The position numbers were made by a program, and so were the translations under genes. A stretch of DNA of 64,000 nucleotides, taken from NCBI GenBank assembly GCA_028534125.1, contig CM052816.1, positions 74,402,001 to 74,466,000 of the forward strand, read 5' to 3'. Position 1 is the stretch's first letter, and each line of letters opens with the position of its first letter. The DNA is from Lama glama (taxonomy: Eukaryota). The notes under the pieces are model-generated. The model was not told where the DNA came from and ran no database searches. It saw nothing but the letters and a program-made list of their open reading frames with translations. This document shows, piece by piece, positions 51,660 to 64,000 of the stretch.

Positions 51660-52321
51660 CTGATTTAGAATTAGATACATTGGGAGCAGCATGATAATCC
51701 TGTTTTTTTGTTTTGTTTTTTCCCTGTTGTGTGCCATGTGGAACTTAAGCGCCCAGTTCCCATTCACTTGGCGAGGAAGTGGGGAGTTCAGAGATCAACC
51801 AGTCCCACGCAACTTCCTCCATAAAACCTCTTAGCTTGATTCTCCCCTGAGGTAGGTAAGAAAACACCCATCTGAAACCTCTAGGGGCTAAATTCCCCCT
51901 CTGTTTCCCTCCTGGAGTCACTCAAGAACTTACATTAATGAGGTCTTGTGAATAGTAGCAACTAAAATTATGGGACAGTCTTTAGCCATAGTTCACTGTT
52001 GACTTTGATCATAACTCTCGGCATGTTTAGCCACATCCTCAAAGACAGCTGAGTGGCCAGAGTGTACACTATTGTTCTGAAGTCAAACCGGACACCAGTG
52101 ATGACTGGGGACATAGTTTTCCTTTCCTCCCATAGGTTTCTGTATAAAGCTCCATGTAAGCACCTGCTGTCTCAAAAGAATCCCAAGACGATATTTTGCT
52201 GATGACATCCATTTTCCCCAGATAAGAAGTTAAAAAGCAGATAGCACGTGAATGACTTACTAGGTCAAAAGAGAGTCGAATTATAAATGAGAGGGGGTTG
52301 TTGAAATAAAAAGAAAAGTCA

Positions 52322-52597
<276 letters not shown>

Positions 52598-53448
52598 CTA
52601 CTTTACACATTTTTACTATTCAAATTCTTAATTCTTTCAATATTCCTATGACGATACTCTCACTTTATGGGACAGTGTCATTTTTTGTAACTTAAGGATG
52701 ATCTGTTTTTAACTTAAAAAAAAGCCCCGATTAAAAAAAATTCCTTTTTGAGTTTAAAATCTGATCTATGACTGTTCTTGAAGATCTGCCATGTTTTACA
52801 TTTCTTTTGGCTCTGAGAGGATTAATCCTTTGGGATTTTTGGCAAAGGAATTCATTTTAACTTGAAACTGAAGGAACAGAGAGTCAGAAGGACCTATGGT
52901 ATTTAAACATGTGGCTGTTTTGGAACCAGCGGTGGAGAAATCAATTTTCTTCCAAGCTGTGTATGACCTGGGGCAAGGTCTTTTCCATTTCCCTTTTTTC
53001 TTTCTTATCTTTTCCATTTCTGTACTGCTACAAGAACAGTCCTTCAGAACACTCAGTAAATACTCCTGAGCTTGTCTTCCTAACCATGTGATTATTTCTT
53101 CAGATTATGAAAGAAGGCACTACAGTGCTTTCTCAAATGGTAATGATTCAGTGTTTTCTGCCTTTTACTTAACTGCATGCTATTGCAGTGGACACTACTT
53201 TTTAAAAAATAAAGTCCAAATTTGACTAATCACAACCCCATTTGGGAAATTAAATTGGAAGGATCTGCAAAGTAGCTAAGCTACGTATGCCACATAATGA
53301 CAGTTAAATCTCATTTTCCTTGATTTGTCTGGGATTGATGAATTCTAAAAGCCAATGGTTAACCCTTTATGTGCCTGAGCCATAAAAATGTTTTTAATGG
53401 AAAATTTTCTCAAACTTATTACTCATGTTACATCTTAAAAAATTCCCT

Positions 53449-53620
53449 TGGGGGCAGGGTATAGCTCAAGTGGTAGAGCGCATGCTTAGCACCCACAAGG
53501 TTCTGGGTTCGATCCCCAGTACCTCCTCCAAACATAAATAAATGAATAAACCTAAGTACCTCCCCCTCATAAAACAAACAAAACAAGCAAAAAAAAAAAA
53601 ACAATAAAAAACCAAAACAA
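53449..53620 (+). mobile_element. tRNA-derived SINE (Vic-1-like)
   Basis: GGGGCAGGGTATAGCTCAAGTGGTAGAGCGCATGCTTAG...GGGTTCGATCCCCAGTACCTCC, A-rich tail. Confidence 0.92.
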
Positions 53621-53729
53621 AACTTCCTGCCTACTTTAAATAGAGAATATGGAACAAGGTCCTTTCTGAGAAGGCTCAGTACCACCATTATGATCATAAT
53701 AATCACCTCTCCCTTACTTCTGTGCTTAT

Positions 53730-54310
53730 TTCCACGTGCCTTAATCGACACTTTGAGATGTGAGAAACTCTGAGATGCCTAAAAACCACCTGAAACTGAA
53801 TGCTTTTGAAACAAGCCCCTCGTCTTCTGCCTGAAACTTATTCCTCATTCACCTTCCCTGTCTTTGTTAATGGTGACTCCGTTCCTCCTCAGTCCTCAGT
53901 TTCTTAAGTTCTCCTCCATTCCTGTTGCTCAAGACAAAAACCATGAACTCTTTCTTGACTTTGTTTTTTTGCAACTCCACATTCTGTCAGCTGTACTGTA
54001 CTTTCAAGATACTCCCGGAACCCAACCACTTCTCATCACCCGTCCCACTATAACCTGGTCTTAGCCATTATAATTTTTTTTCTGTGTTAGCCTCCTAACA
54101 AGCCTCTTCCTGTGGTCCTTGTGCCCTCTTCAGTCTCTTCTCAATACAATCCTCAAAACTGTCAACATGGTAGTTATCTTCACACTTAAGTTAGGTCATA
54201 CCACTTGTCATTTAAAACCCTCCAAAGGCTTCCAATGCCACTCCAGAAGAAAGCCAAATCTCATTCATTCTGTAGCCAGTACACCCAGCACAATGCCCAG
54301 CTTATGGTAG
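53730..54310 (+). mobile_element. L2 fragment
   Basis: CCTGTTGCTCAAGACAAAAACC...TTCTTGAC...AAAACCCTCCAAAGGCTTCC. Confidence 0.7.
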
Positions 54311-55179
54311 GTTCTCTTTTCTGCTTTTACAGTTTTCTCAGTCTACTCCTCACAGTCAGGCTTTCAGATGTACTTGTGTCTGTTTGCAGCTTCTACCCAC
54401 ACTCTCTCAGTCTCTTCCAGCCTGCTGATGCCCGGGAAAACACACACAAGAACAACACATCGCAGAGATGCTCCAAGGAATTCCTATAAGCAACACATGA
54501 GCTTTGTGGATAGATTTGAGGCATCAATGTCAGCTACTCAAATTCCTTCTTTGATTCTTTCTATTTTGCTGTTTATACTGTTATAGCATAAACATGAATA
54601 TTCCAGTTATCATTGTTTGTTTTGATTCATTTCCCCTGTGTCCTCATAATGGGCAAGGGATAAACTGCTTGGATCTTTCACTCAGCTCATTGAGCTGATT
54701 ATCTTGAATGTTTGTCTTGAGATCTTATAAACATGCCTTTAAACCGATTTTGGCTATTTTGTCCATGTAAAATTCCAGAATTATTATTTATGCTTTGTGG
54801 TAAAGAAAATCTAGGCATTTATTATAGCAATGACAGACATTGGGGTCAGTGTATTTCAGTTGATCTGACTATAATAATCATAACAAATAATCAGGAAGGA
54901 AGGAAACTTAAGAGTGCATTGAGTCTGCCCCTTGTAGTGGACATAAGAATACAATCTCAAGAAAAAGATGCCATCAGGCTTCTATTCTTTTCTTACAACA
55001 TTTACTGCAAGATTATTTTATGTTAGAGCCAACTGAAGTTCCCCCTGTCCCTTCCCTCTTGTTCCGCAGCTGATCTCATACGCCATATAGAAGACCTCCA
55101 TCCACCTACACAGCACAATGACAAGTCTTCCTCCTTGCATATACTACACTTGGACTCTGCAGCCGTCCCCACTTAGTTA

Positions 55180-55500
<321 letters not shown>

Positions 55501-57765
55501 TTAATGAGCAAGTATTTTAGTGGCACCATTGCCAAGAAATACCGCCTCTATGGACTGAAGATCAGTGTCTGCAGACCAATAGGAGGCTATTTGGTATGTC
55601 TGCCTATAGTAAAAGCATCTCTTCATTGACTGCATATAATGGGCCAGCCCTTAATTTAAGTGATTTATTGGTAGGTACTTAATCATCCCCGTTCTACGGA
55701 TGAGGGTTCTAAGGCTAAGGGAGGTTTAAAAATGTTCCTTTATTAAAACATGGCAGAAAGTCAACTCCCAAACTATAGAGATTCCTAGAGAAGAGTTGAG
55801 TCGTTAAACCTGTGTATTTCCCCAACTCATGGTGGGAGAAACTGAGGAGGCACACCGAGGGTGTTCTCCAGGCTGAGTGATGCTGAGATTTGGAGAGACC
55901 TGAAATGGAAAATTAGCTACCACCCTACTCTGAACTATTACACCCTGTGTCCCTCTCCCCAGAGCTGTCTGACGTTTAGGGGAGTGTTCTTGATGCCTTG
56001 AACTCCCTGCCACATTCCTGAGGTTTTCCTTAAGTACGTGGAGAGCCAGGAGAACATTTCAAATATGCTGGACATCCAGGTTACCTTTACAAAATGTGGG
56101 AATCCTCACCTTTCCCCCTCCACTCATGAAAGAAACAAAGGGCATGAACCTAGCAATTAAAAAAAATTTCAAGCTGAGGAAGCGTTTTTCTTTTCTATTT
56201 TGTAAATAGGAATGGACATTTAATTATGTCAAAAAAAAAAAAAGGAAAACAAAAATGGGAGGAATTGAATCAATGTGTTTGCCTATCAGTTCCTTTTTTG
56301 GTTTCTTTACAAAGAACAAGTCCATCTTTTCCTCTATCTTGGATCACATAAGAACAAACAAATCATGGAGGATAGATGGACACACGGAGAACACTGAAGA
56401 AATCAGAAAAGCCACATCTCCATGTTTAAATTCCACCATATTGTTGTTCACCTCCATCCCACTCTACAGAAAGCATCATTTACTCAGATGACTTAAAACA
56501 ACAGCAGGATGTATGTTGCATGGAAAAGAGATACCAGGAAGTTCACTGTGGAAGGATGTCACACTTTGGGGAAAGGATCTTCCCTGAGCAGCTGCCACGG
56601 GGACCTGAGCCAAAATGCAGGGCAATCAAAAGATGGCTCAGATACAATTCCACCTCAGCAGGAACTGAACTGACATGTGAGAGAACGTGACACAGCTCTC
56701 CTCCAATTTTCCACCTGCCTGCCTGACCGAATGAATTCAGCAAGCCACCTTTGGGCGCCTACTGTGCAAGCAACTAACTCTATAAGCACTGTATCTGGTA
56801 CTAGCGCTGTGTGGATATAATGATTAATAAGAGCTGACCTCTACTTTCAGGCTAGAAGGCGACTCAGAAGTTATCGCCTCAGTGCTTTCTTTTTTGGTCC
56901 ATCCATCGATACTTAATAAGCATTGCTTGTATATAAAACACTGTGCAAGATATTATGGGGGATTCATGTGTGTCTGATGACTTACTCCTGCCTTGGGGGA
57001 GTGACTGATATACTGTCTTACAAAGCAGCGTGGGTAAGCATTCACAGACAGTGCTCATGAGGCTCCTTTGGAGTTAGAAGAAGGAATAATTGCTCTGGTT
57101 ATCCTTGGAAAGCTTCAACGTGGAGGTGGTGTTTTTAGCAATCATTCAAAGTTTACCAGCTGGCAATAGGGAAAGGAAAGGGGGGGAACAGAAGGCAATG
57201 GAATAATTGGGAAAGACTTTCTTAAATTAGAATTGCTACTGAGGTGGGGTAATGCATTGTTCACTTACTATTCACAAGGCTATCAGCCAAGAAGGGGGGT
57301 TATAAGTCAAGGAGACAAAAAGCTAGGTAACTTGTGGCTGAAGGAGAAGGTAGGAATGAACTTGTGCAGGCTGCAGTGCTTGGGGCTGGCAGGCCAGACC
57401 CTGGATGTGCGTGAGCATCGCCCTGGGGGCTGGACAGCAGTGGGCAGCAAGGACCCCGCAGGCTGTGGGAAGGCAGGGACTGGAAGGAAGGGATGAGGAG
57501 CTGGAAGAAGACACACGTTTCCTTCTTGACAGCTGTTTCCCACGCTGGTCTGTTTGGCACTAGTAGGAAACTTGTGTAATATCAGGGGGTCCTTGAGACA
57601 GCTGCTCATCAGCTGTTGGAAAGAACTTGGGATTAACACAGACAGTGGACTGTTGCTTAATTTCTAGTTGAGATCCTTCTAAGCTGCATACCCTTGGATG
57701 ACAGGGAGCGTCATCCCTGATGGGAAAATTAAGTGCACAGAAGGTAGAGGAAAGGATAAATTGTA

Positions 57766-57783
57766 TGTGTGTGTGTGTGTGTG
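57766..57783. repeat. (TG)9 microsatellite
   Basis: Direct read. Confidence 0.9.
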
Positions 57784-58496
57784 TTTAGAATAATAGGAAA
57801 AAGGTTAAAAACTATGGATAGGTGAGTCAGTGAACTACTGTATTGTCTTGACTTTCAAACTAAAATAAGAGTATATTAAAGAGAATGATTTAACAAGATT
57901 GCCCAGGGAAGGACACTTTCATATGAGTAGAGGAGACGGCAAATATATTTAGCATGACTGACGGTACTCAAGTTAGTATTAGAACATTCTAAAGATGCAG
58001 GCCAGTGCTTAGCAGGCCTGAATCTGTAACAGGGACGTTAGCTCTGTGTATTTCACACAGTTTCTCAGCTTGGGCTTGTCAGCACCCTACTCCCCCATGA
58101 GGACGGTATGAAAAATGCTGTTCAGATGATCCCCAATCCATTAGCTCCACGGAACAAACAGCTTAAAGCACTCATCTTAAGCACATCTGGAAGAGTTAGT
58201 TCAAAACACAACTCCCACCTGCTGCACCCCAACTGAAGTTGAATTTTATTTTAGATGCATATTGAGTGCTTATTTTTAACTATTAAATTTAGACCAAAAA
58301 CCAAATGGACGCACAAAGCAGATAATCTGTTACCTGCCTTCACTGGGTTAAATTTTTCTACAGATGACCAAAGCCAGTTGATGGAAGCCACTCCCTTTTA
58401 TTTCCAAGACTTAAGTGTTTTAGGTTTGCTCCTAGACCGGCTTGTGAAATAGAGGTTAAGAACTGTAGAAAGAACATATCAATAAAAATCAGAATA

Positions 58497-58580
58497 GGGG
58501 AGTGGGAATAGCTCAGTGGTAGAGTGCATGCTGAGCATGCACGAGGTCCTGGGTTCAATCCCCAGGACCTCCATTAAAAA
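58497..58580 (+). mobile_element. tRNA-derived SINE (short Vic-1-like) with TSD
   Basis: GGGGAGTGGGAATAGCTCAGTGGTAGAGTGCATG...CCCCAGGACCTCCATT; flanks AAAAATCAGAATA / AAATATCAGAATA. Confidence 0.9.
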
Positions 58581-59308
58581 AATATCAGAATAAAGAGCAG
58601 AACAAATGCTTTCTACCTAAAGGTAACCAGCTGGGAGAGGGGTCAAAAAAATATATATGTCATTTACGTTTTAAGGGCAACTGTTTTCATTACCTGCATA
58701 CCACATGTTTTAGGCTTAAAATTTAACATATTCCTTAGAGAAAAGAAAAGAAAGTTAACAATGCTCTTTCTCCTTTCTAATTTCCCCTATAACCTTGCAT
58801 GGGAAATAAACTTTCTTTTCAAAAGCCAGGATAATTTGTTGAGGGGGGACAGGGTGGGGAGATAGCAGAGGTGGGGAGGGCGATACAGCACTCAGGACCC
58901 AGCCTTCACATACAAGCTTCTATGAAGACGAAGCATGTGCAGGCAAGGAGCTGACAGCAGAGCGCCCTGACAGGCTCCCAGAACCTCTTTTTTGCCAGGT
59001 CTGTGATATGCATTCCTGCTGAGTCCCCTCCAAGCTCAGAGGCTGAATCTGGCATGGTCTCTGTTACAGGGTGGCAGCTCACCTGGCTGGGAGCAGAGCC
59101 AGCCCGGCCTGCAGCTGCCCTTGGGCCCGTCCTGTTGACAGGCTGACGCATCTAGATTTCCTTGTGCTTTAGCTTCGAAGGCCAGGCTGGGAATACATGC
59201 AACCCCCACCCCCATCCCTCCGCCTGCTGGTTCTGGATGACATCATGCCACTGTTTTATTTGTGTGTCAGGGATGGGGAGTCATGATTCTATAGTTCCAG
59301 AAGTTGCC

Positions 59309-59331
59309 TTCTGGGAACTGAATTCTAAGAA
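59309..59331. promoter_or_regulatory. Tandem STAT5-type GAS motifs in GHR intron 4
   Basis: TTCTGGGAA-ctgaa-TTCTAAGAA; both fit TTCYNRGAA; function not shown. Confidence 0.5.
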
Positions 59332-60053
59332 ACAATGATAAGAGGCTGACAATGCATTTGTATTTTCCTCTTTGTTTAGGTGGCTAATGAAGAGCCAGCA
59401 CATTTGTACTCCAGAGCAGTCGTGATGCTGTGTGTTCCTGATACGTCTAATCTCCTCGGATCTACCCTTCCCAGATAAACTGGGCTGAGTGCACATGCTA
59501 TTTGGCCAAGATACTCAAAACAGTTAGATGCTTATAGAGAAAACACAAAACACTGATTTTGCCAGTTGGGTTGGCCTTAATTGTGAGTTTGTTCTTAGGG
59601 GGGTCTAAGGATGTGACGATTTCTTCCCCTGGGATCCCAAATTCTACTAGGGCAAGAATTAACGACATCCTTCAGAATACGTCTGAGACTCTCCCGCACT
59701 TGGCATCTCTGTTAGCACAGAGCTGAGTTTGAACTAGGGATGCTGAAAGGCCTGGGCTGTGCAGAGAAAGCCTGGAGGCAAAAGGGTACGGCCCTAGTGC
59801 ATAAGAGAAGGGCCAAATATTTATCTGTGAAGGCTTTATCCTTTTGGGTTTATGTATTTTTGCTTAGGTTCAAATTTGGAGACTATTAAGGTGGTGAACA
59901 TCTGTTTTCATAAAGTGGGTCCAACTCCGCTATTTCTCTTCAGTTTCGTTAATTGTGCCTGTGCAAATAACTTATTTTGTTTTTATGGAGTTGGCTTTCC
60001 AAGTCGCTGAAGCCAAAGTAGGAAAATTGAATCTACTAAATCACTCTTCATTT

Positions 60054-60668
60054 TGAAAAAGGAAGGGGGCAGGGGACAGCCATTCTAGGAATAATACAGC
60101 GATTAACATCAAAATGGTGAAAGATTCAACTCCCAGTAGGCCTTGAGGCTCAAGATAGTGGGAGATTTGACTTCTAGCAGATCTTGAGCTTCATTATATG
60201 CCTATTGTAATACATTAGCGTGGTGAATAACATGCCCACAGGCACCATGACAGTCCCCAGGCTAGCCACAAAAGGTCAAAGAGTGGGAACCAACTTCCTG
60301 GGAATCCCAGCCCCTTCCCAGGTTAGACTGGTCCTTCCACTTATTAGCATATTGAAACTACCAAGCCCATAAGAAGTGGCAACATGAAGCCTTGTGTCGG
60401 CTGTCTCTCTCTTCCTCCCTCCTCTTCGGAGACGGCCCGCACTCTGTCTATGGAGTGTGTACCTACTTTCACTCTAATCTGAGCACGCAACCCCCACATC
60501 TCGTGGCCTTTCTCTTGTCTCTCAATATCTCTCTAAATAAATCTACCTTTACTCAACTGTGGCTCGCTCTTTCCTGCACAAAGCCCACACTTGGCGGGGC
60601 ACATCCCAGGGTCTCAACTGAGGCCTGGGACACGGCCCTCCTCATGCCCCACATCTGTTTTTCCTGCA
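60054..60668 (+). mobile_element. ERV solo LTR in GHR intron 4
   Basis: TGAAAAAGG...CAAAATGG...CTAAATAAATCTACC...TTTCCTGCA. Confidence 0.75.
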
Positions 60669-61069
60669 TTATCTCAACGATCAATTCAGTACATATTCAA
60701 TTGTTACCAAACGTTTTAGCTTCCTGTCCCAATGTATTTATACAAATCAGCTTTGTCTACTGGCCCCTACCTCTCTGCAGTATCAGCCCTACTGGGGAAA
60801 AAAAGGTGTATTTAGTGCCCAACCATCTCATCTTTGTGTGCCCTTTGGGGGACATCCAAGAGACCCCTCACAACCCTGGAAGGTGAGTAAGGCTAGTCCT
60901 GGATGCTGACTCAAAGTATGTATTTGCGAATTAAGCACCCAACTCTGCATTAAAAAATGGTCTTAAAGCATACCAATGATTATAAGCAGTAAAGAATCAA
61001 AAATTACTTTTGTAGCTCAGGAATTGGAATTTTACATTATCATTATTTTAAATTATCATCAAACTGCAA

Positions 61070-61320
61070 ATAATAATAGCAGAAACCACCTATTCAGTGC
61101 TTAGTGTGTGCCAAGCACTGTGATAAATATTGTCATGTATTAGTTAACGAAATCCTCACAAGAAGCCACGTGGCAAGGTCTGCTATCTCCATTTTGCAAA
61201 GGAGGCGGCTGAGTTGTGGACAGACTAATTTGCCCGGCACTACTCTGAGCAAGGGTGGGAGCTGGGCTGAAATGTAGGTTGGTTGGCCTGGAGCTCATGC
61301 CCTGAACTGCCCGAGGCATT
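61070..61320 (-). mobile_element. MIR SINE, antisense
   Basis: GTGCTTAGTGTGTGCCAAGCACTGTG...AATCCTCACAA...CTCCATTTTGCAAAGGAGG. Confidence 0.8.
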
Positions 61321-61626
61321 TTCCCTTCCCTGCTCCTCTGGAGGGCAAACAGTATCATCCTTGGACTGATGACCACCGTCTGCCTAGGAGAAGGGTCTCC
61401 GCTAATTTTGCATCTTGGTTTAGGCCTTCCCTGGGGGTTGGGTGGAAAAGAGAAGAGGATAGAATGTGTGAGCGTAAAATTTTAAAAAGAAAAAAGGTAC
61501 AACATAAGAGTAAACAGAAATGGAGATAACGCCAGGTGAGGGGTAAGAAATCTATGACTTGGGTGGGGATTATTATTATTTTTTTAATATTTTAAAATTG
61601 AGTTATCGTCATTTGGGTAGGGATTA

Positions 61627-62520
61627 TGCTGACAGATCATAACTGAGCAGGACCCTAAGGGGCCTTCTCCAGACAGACCCCTCACCCTGTCCTCTACATT
61701 AGTGCCTCTCCAAAGTACCTGGTATCTGATGCATGTTTCCTGAGTTGTTTTACAGATGCTAAAACCTCCACCAAACGGAAGAAATTAACTACTTGATGGC
61801 CATGAGCATGGAGCCCACAGACCTAATGGAGCCTAAGGATTGATAATGTTAACCCCTGTGACACTGCCCTGTTACTTTACCGTCAATCAATCAGATAACT
61901 GTGCACAGAGAATTGTGCACCAGCTGATCACATATCCTGGGACACCCCTCCCTCACCTGGCTGTTAAAAATGCTTTGTTTCCTATATCTGTGAGTCTGTT
62001 TCTCTTTTGTAGATAAGTTCATCAGTGTCTTCTTTTTCCTTTCTTTCTTCCTTTTTTTTTTTTTAGATTCCTCATTAAAGTGATATCATATGGTATTTTT
62101 CTTTCTTTTCCTGGCTTATGTCACTTACAATGATGACTGAAAGGGGGTGGGAAGGGATAAATTGGGAATTTAAGAATTGCTAATCTTAACTACTACATAT
62201 AAAATAGATAAAAAAACAAATTTCTTCTGAAAAGCACAGAGAACTATATTCAATATCTTGTAGTAACCTATAATGAAAAAGAATATGAAAACGAATATAT
62301 GTATATATATATGTATGAAACATTATGCTGTACACCAGAAATTGACACATTGTAACTGACTCTACTGAAGAGTTCAGGCTTTCTGAACACTAGCTGCCCC
62401 GGACTCCTTGCGTGGCGGTGCCCTACAATAACCGCTGCACTTTCCTTCACCACCACGTGGTGTCAGTAGATTGGATTTATTTCATGCAGGTGAATGGACC
62501 CACATTTGGTTCAGGAACAA
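61627..62520 (+). mobile_element. ERV LTR split by an L1 insertion carrying a 5' inversion (~61978-62365)
   Basis: LTR halves ~61627-61977 and ~62366-62520; L1 3' segment antisense ~61978-62136, then sense ~62137-62365. Confidence 0.75.
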
Positions 62521-62689
62521 GACCTTTGTTTCACCCTTCCCCTGTTATTTTACAGGACCACTCATAAAAATGGAAGAGAGCAGTATTACAGTCCCTTATT
62601 GAATGTGATCAATATAACAGGAACACAGTCTATTTTCTACATAGAAACCAAACAGCCTTTTAAAACACACATTAAAAAAAAAAAAAGCC

Positions 62690-63435
62690 CCATTGTTTCC
62701 CACCACAGAGAAAGTAGGCCTGGACATGGCTGGTAGGGCTCGTCTGGGTCTGGCCCCAGCTAATCCTCTGACTTCTCCTGTTGCCCTCCCTGCCTTCCAA
62801 TTTGTACCATCCATGCCAGCCTCCTGCTTTCCTCACACCTGCGCAGTCAGCCTCAGGGCCTTTGCACTTGCAGTTTCCTCTGTCTGGACAGCCTTTCCCC
62901 CAGATCTTCATGTGGCCTCGCTCATCTCATTTGTGTCTCTGCTATAACATACCACAGAGAGAGGCCTCCTAGGACCTCCTCATTTAAAATCTCTCCTGAA
63001 ATCCCTACACACACTCGCACACGGTCACTCTCATGTTCATGCTTTCATTGCTCACGTATATTACACATAACCACACCCCCCCGACACCTTCACATGTTTT
63101 CACACATATGCACACTCACCTGCTTTCCCACATTCATGCATATTCACACTTGCACTCACATTTTCACAAACTCACTCTCATGCACACGTATACGCTCACA
63201 CAGTGCTAGCACACTTTATTCTCTTCCTGGCTTTACTTTTCTTAATAACTCATATTATCAGCTGACTTAATTTTTTTTTTGTCTGCCTCCCCCGACCCCC
63301 ACTGGAAACAAGCTTCCATGAGACCAGGGACTCTATATTTTTGTAATCACTGCCAGATCTCCAGTGCCTAAAATAGTACCCAACATACAGTAAGGGCTTA
63401 ATTAATATTTTTGGGGATAAATGAATGAATGAATA
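62690..63435 (+). mobile_element. L2 3' region with an internal CA-rich low-complexity expansion (~63005-63212)
   Basis: CCTCAGGGCCTTTGCACTTGCAGTTTCCTCTGTCTGGA...AAGCTTCCATGAGACCAGGGAC...ATGAATGAATGAA. Confidence 0.8.
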
Positions 63436-63538
63436 CATTTAGGTCATTGAAATAGATCATTCCCATTCCTACCACTGCAGGTGACTCAGTGCATTTTAAT
63501 CAGAAAAATCCCTGGAGAGAAAAGTCAAAAGGCTGTAC

Positions 63539-63668
63539 CTTCTAATATAGAACAGCTGTATGGATCCTGGGCTCTGTAAACCATGATGAACCCCATTTGT
63601 CCAGTGGCATGAAAAAGTCTCTAGTTCAGGTGAACGGCACTTGGTGAATTTAGGCTTCCCGGAAGAAT
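63539..63668 (-). CDS. GHR: Growth hormone receptor exon 4 (130 nt)
   Basis: Translates [47 protein letters not shown] acceptor, AG|GTACAG donor; Leu in RSPELETF is the non-primate state. Confidence 0.98.
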
Positions 63669-64000
63669 CTGCAGAATAAAAAGAAAAGGCTAGGCATGAA
63701 ATCAGGAGGGTAACGGATGGTCCCAATGAAACAGGTACGTAAAGAGATAAAGAAGAACCACCTCTTTTTTCCTGGGTCACAGCTTCAGAGCTGCTGTTTG
63801 CCAGTTATTTCCCTGTCAGCCTTTGACTGCAGGGACAAACATTTTGTTTTTATACCTTCCATGATTTCTTAGGGCCTGTTTAAGAAATCAGGGCTAGAAA
63901 TGAGGGTTTGGGTTCAGGCAGTGTTTTGTTTTTGGAGGGTGACCCCTGGAACTGGAAGTGAGGGAGACGGAGAGAAGGATGGGGAGGGGAGAACAGTGAA

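Noticed and set aside
53449..53530. tRNA gene-like sequences (also near 20890, 25372 and 58497)
   Set aside because: A/B boxes are present, but A-rich tails and (for two copies) TSDs mark them as SINEs, not tRNA genes

Overview
Mammalian genomic DNA, most likely a camelid (Vic-1-like tRNA-derived SINEs; non-primate GHR). Two genes lie on the minus strand. GHR coding exons 4-10 plus the 3'UTR span about 37.8-63.7 kb, with all splice sites canonical. The 5' half of CCDC152 (CpG-island promoter and exons 1-4) spans about 4.4-15 kb. The rest is L1, L2, MIR, MaLR, ERV LTRs, hAT DNA transposons and a 500-N gap. The most unusual item is a processed GPX1 retrocopy in CCDC152 intron 3, in sense orientation. 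It keeps its Sec UGA, a near-canonical SECIS and a poly(A) signal. A pyrimidine-tract/CAG acceptor just upstream of its ATG is in frame with CCDC152 exon 3, so a chimeric CCDC152-GPX1psi selenoprotein transcript is possible (hypothesis only). Other notable items: an in-frame 126-nt counterpart of the human GHR 6-psi pseudoexon, a tandem STAT5 GAS pair in GHR intron 4, a perfect 35-bp-arm hairpin, and an internally deleted class-III-like ERV whose 5' LTR has an intact ETS-CRE/TATA module. Repeat family names and cross-species comparisons are from memory of consensus sequences, not database searches; repeat boundaries are approximate unless TSDs are given.
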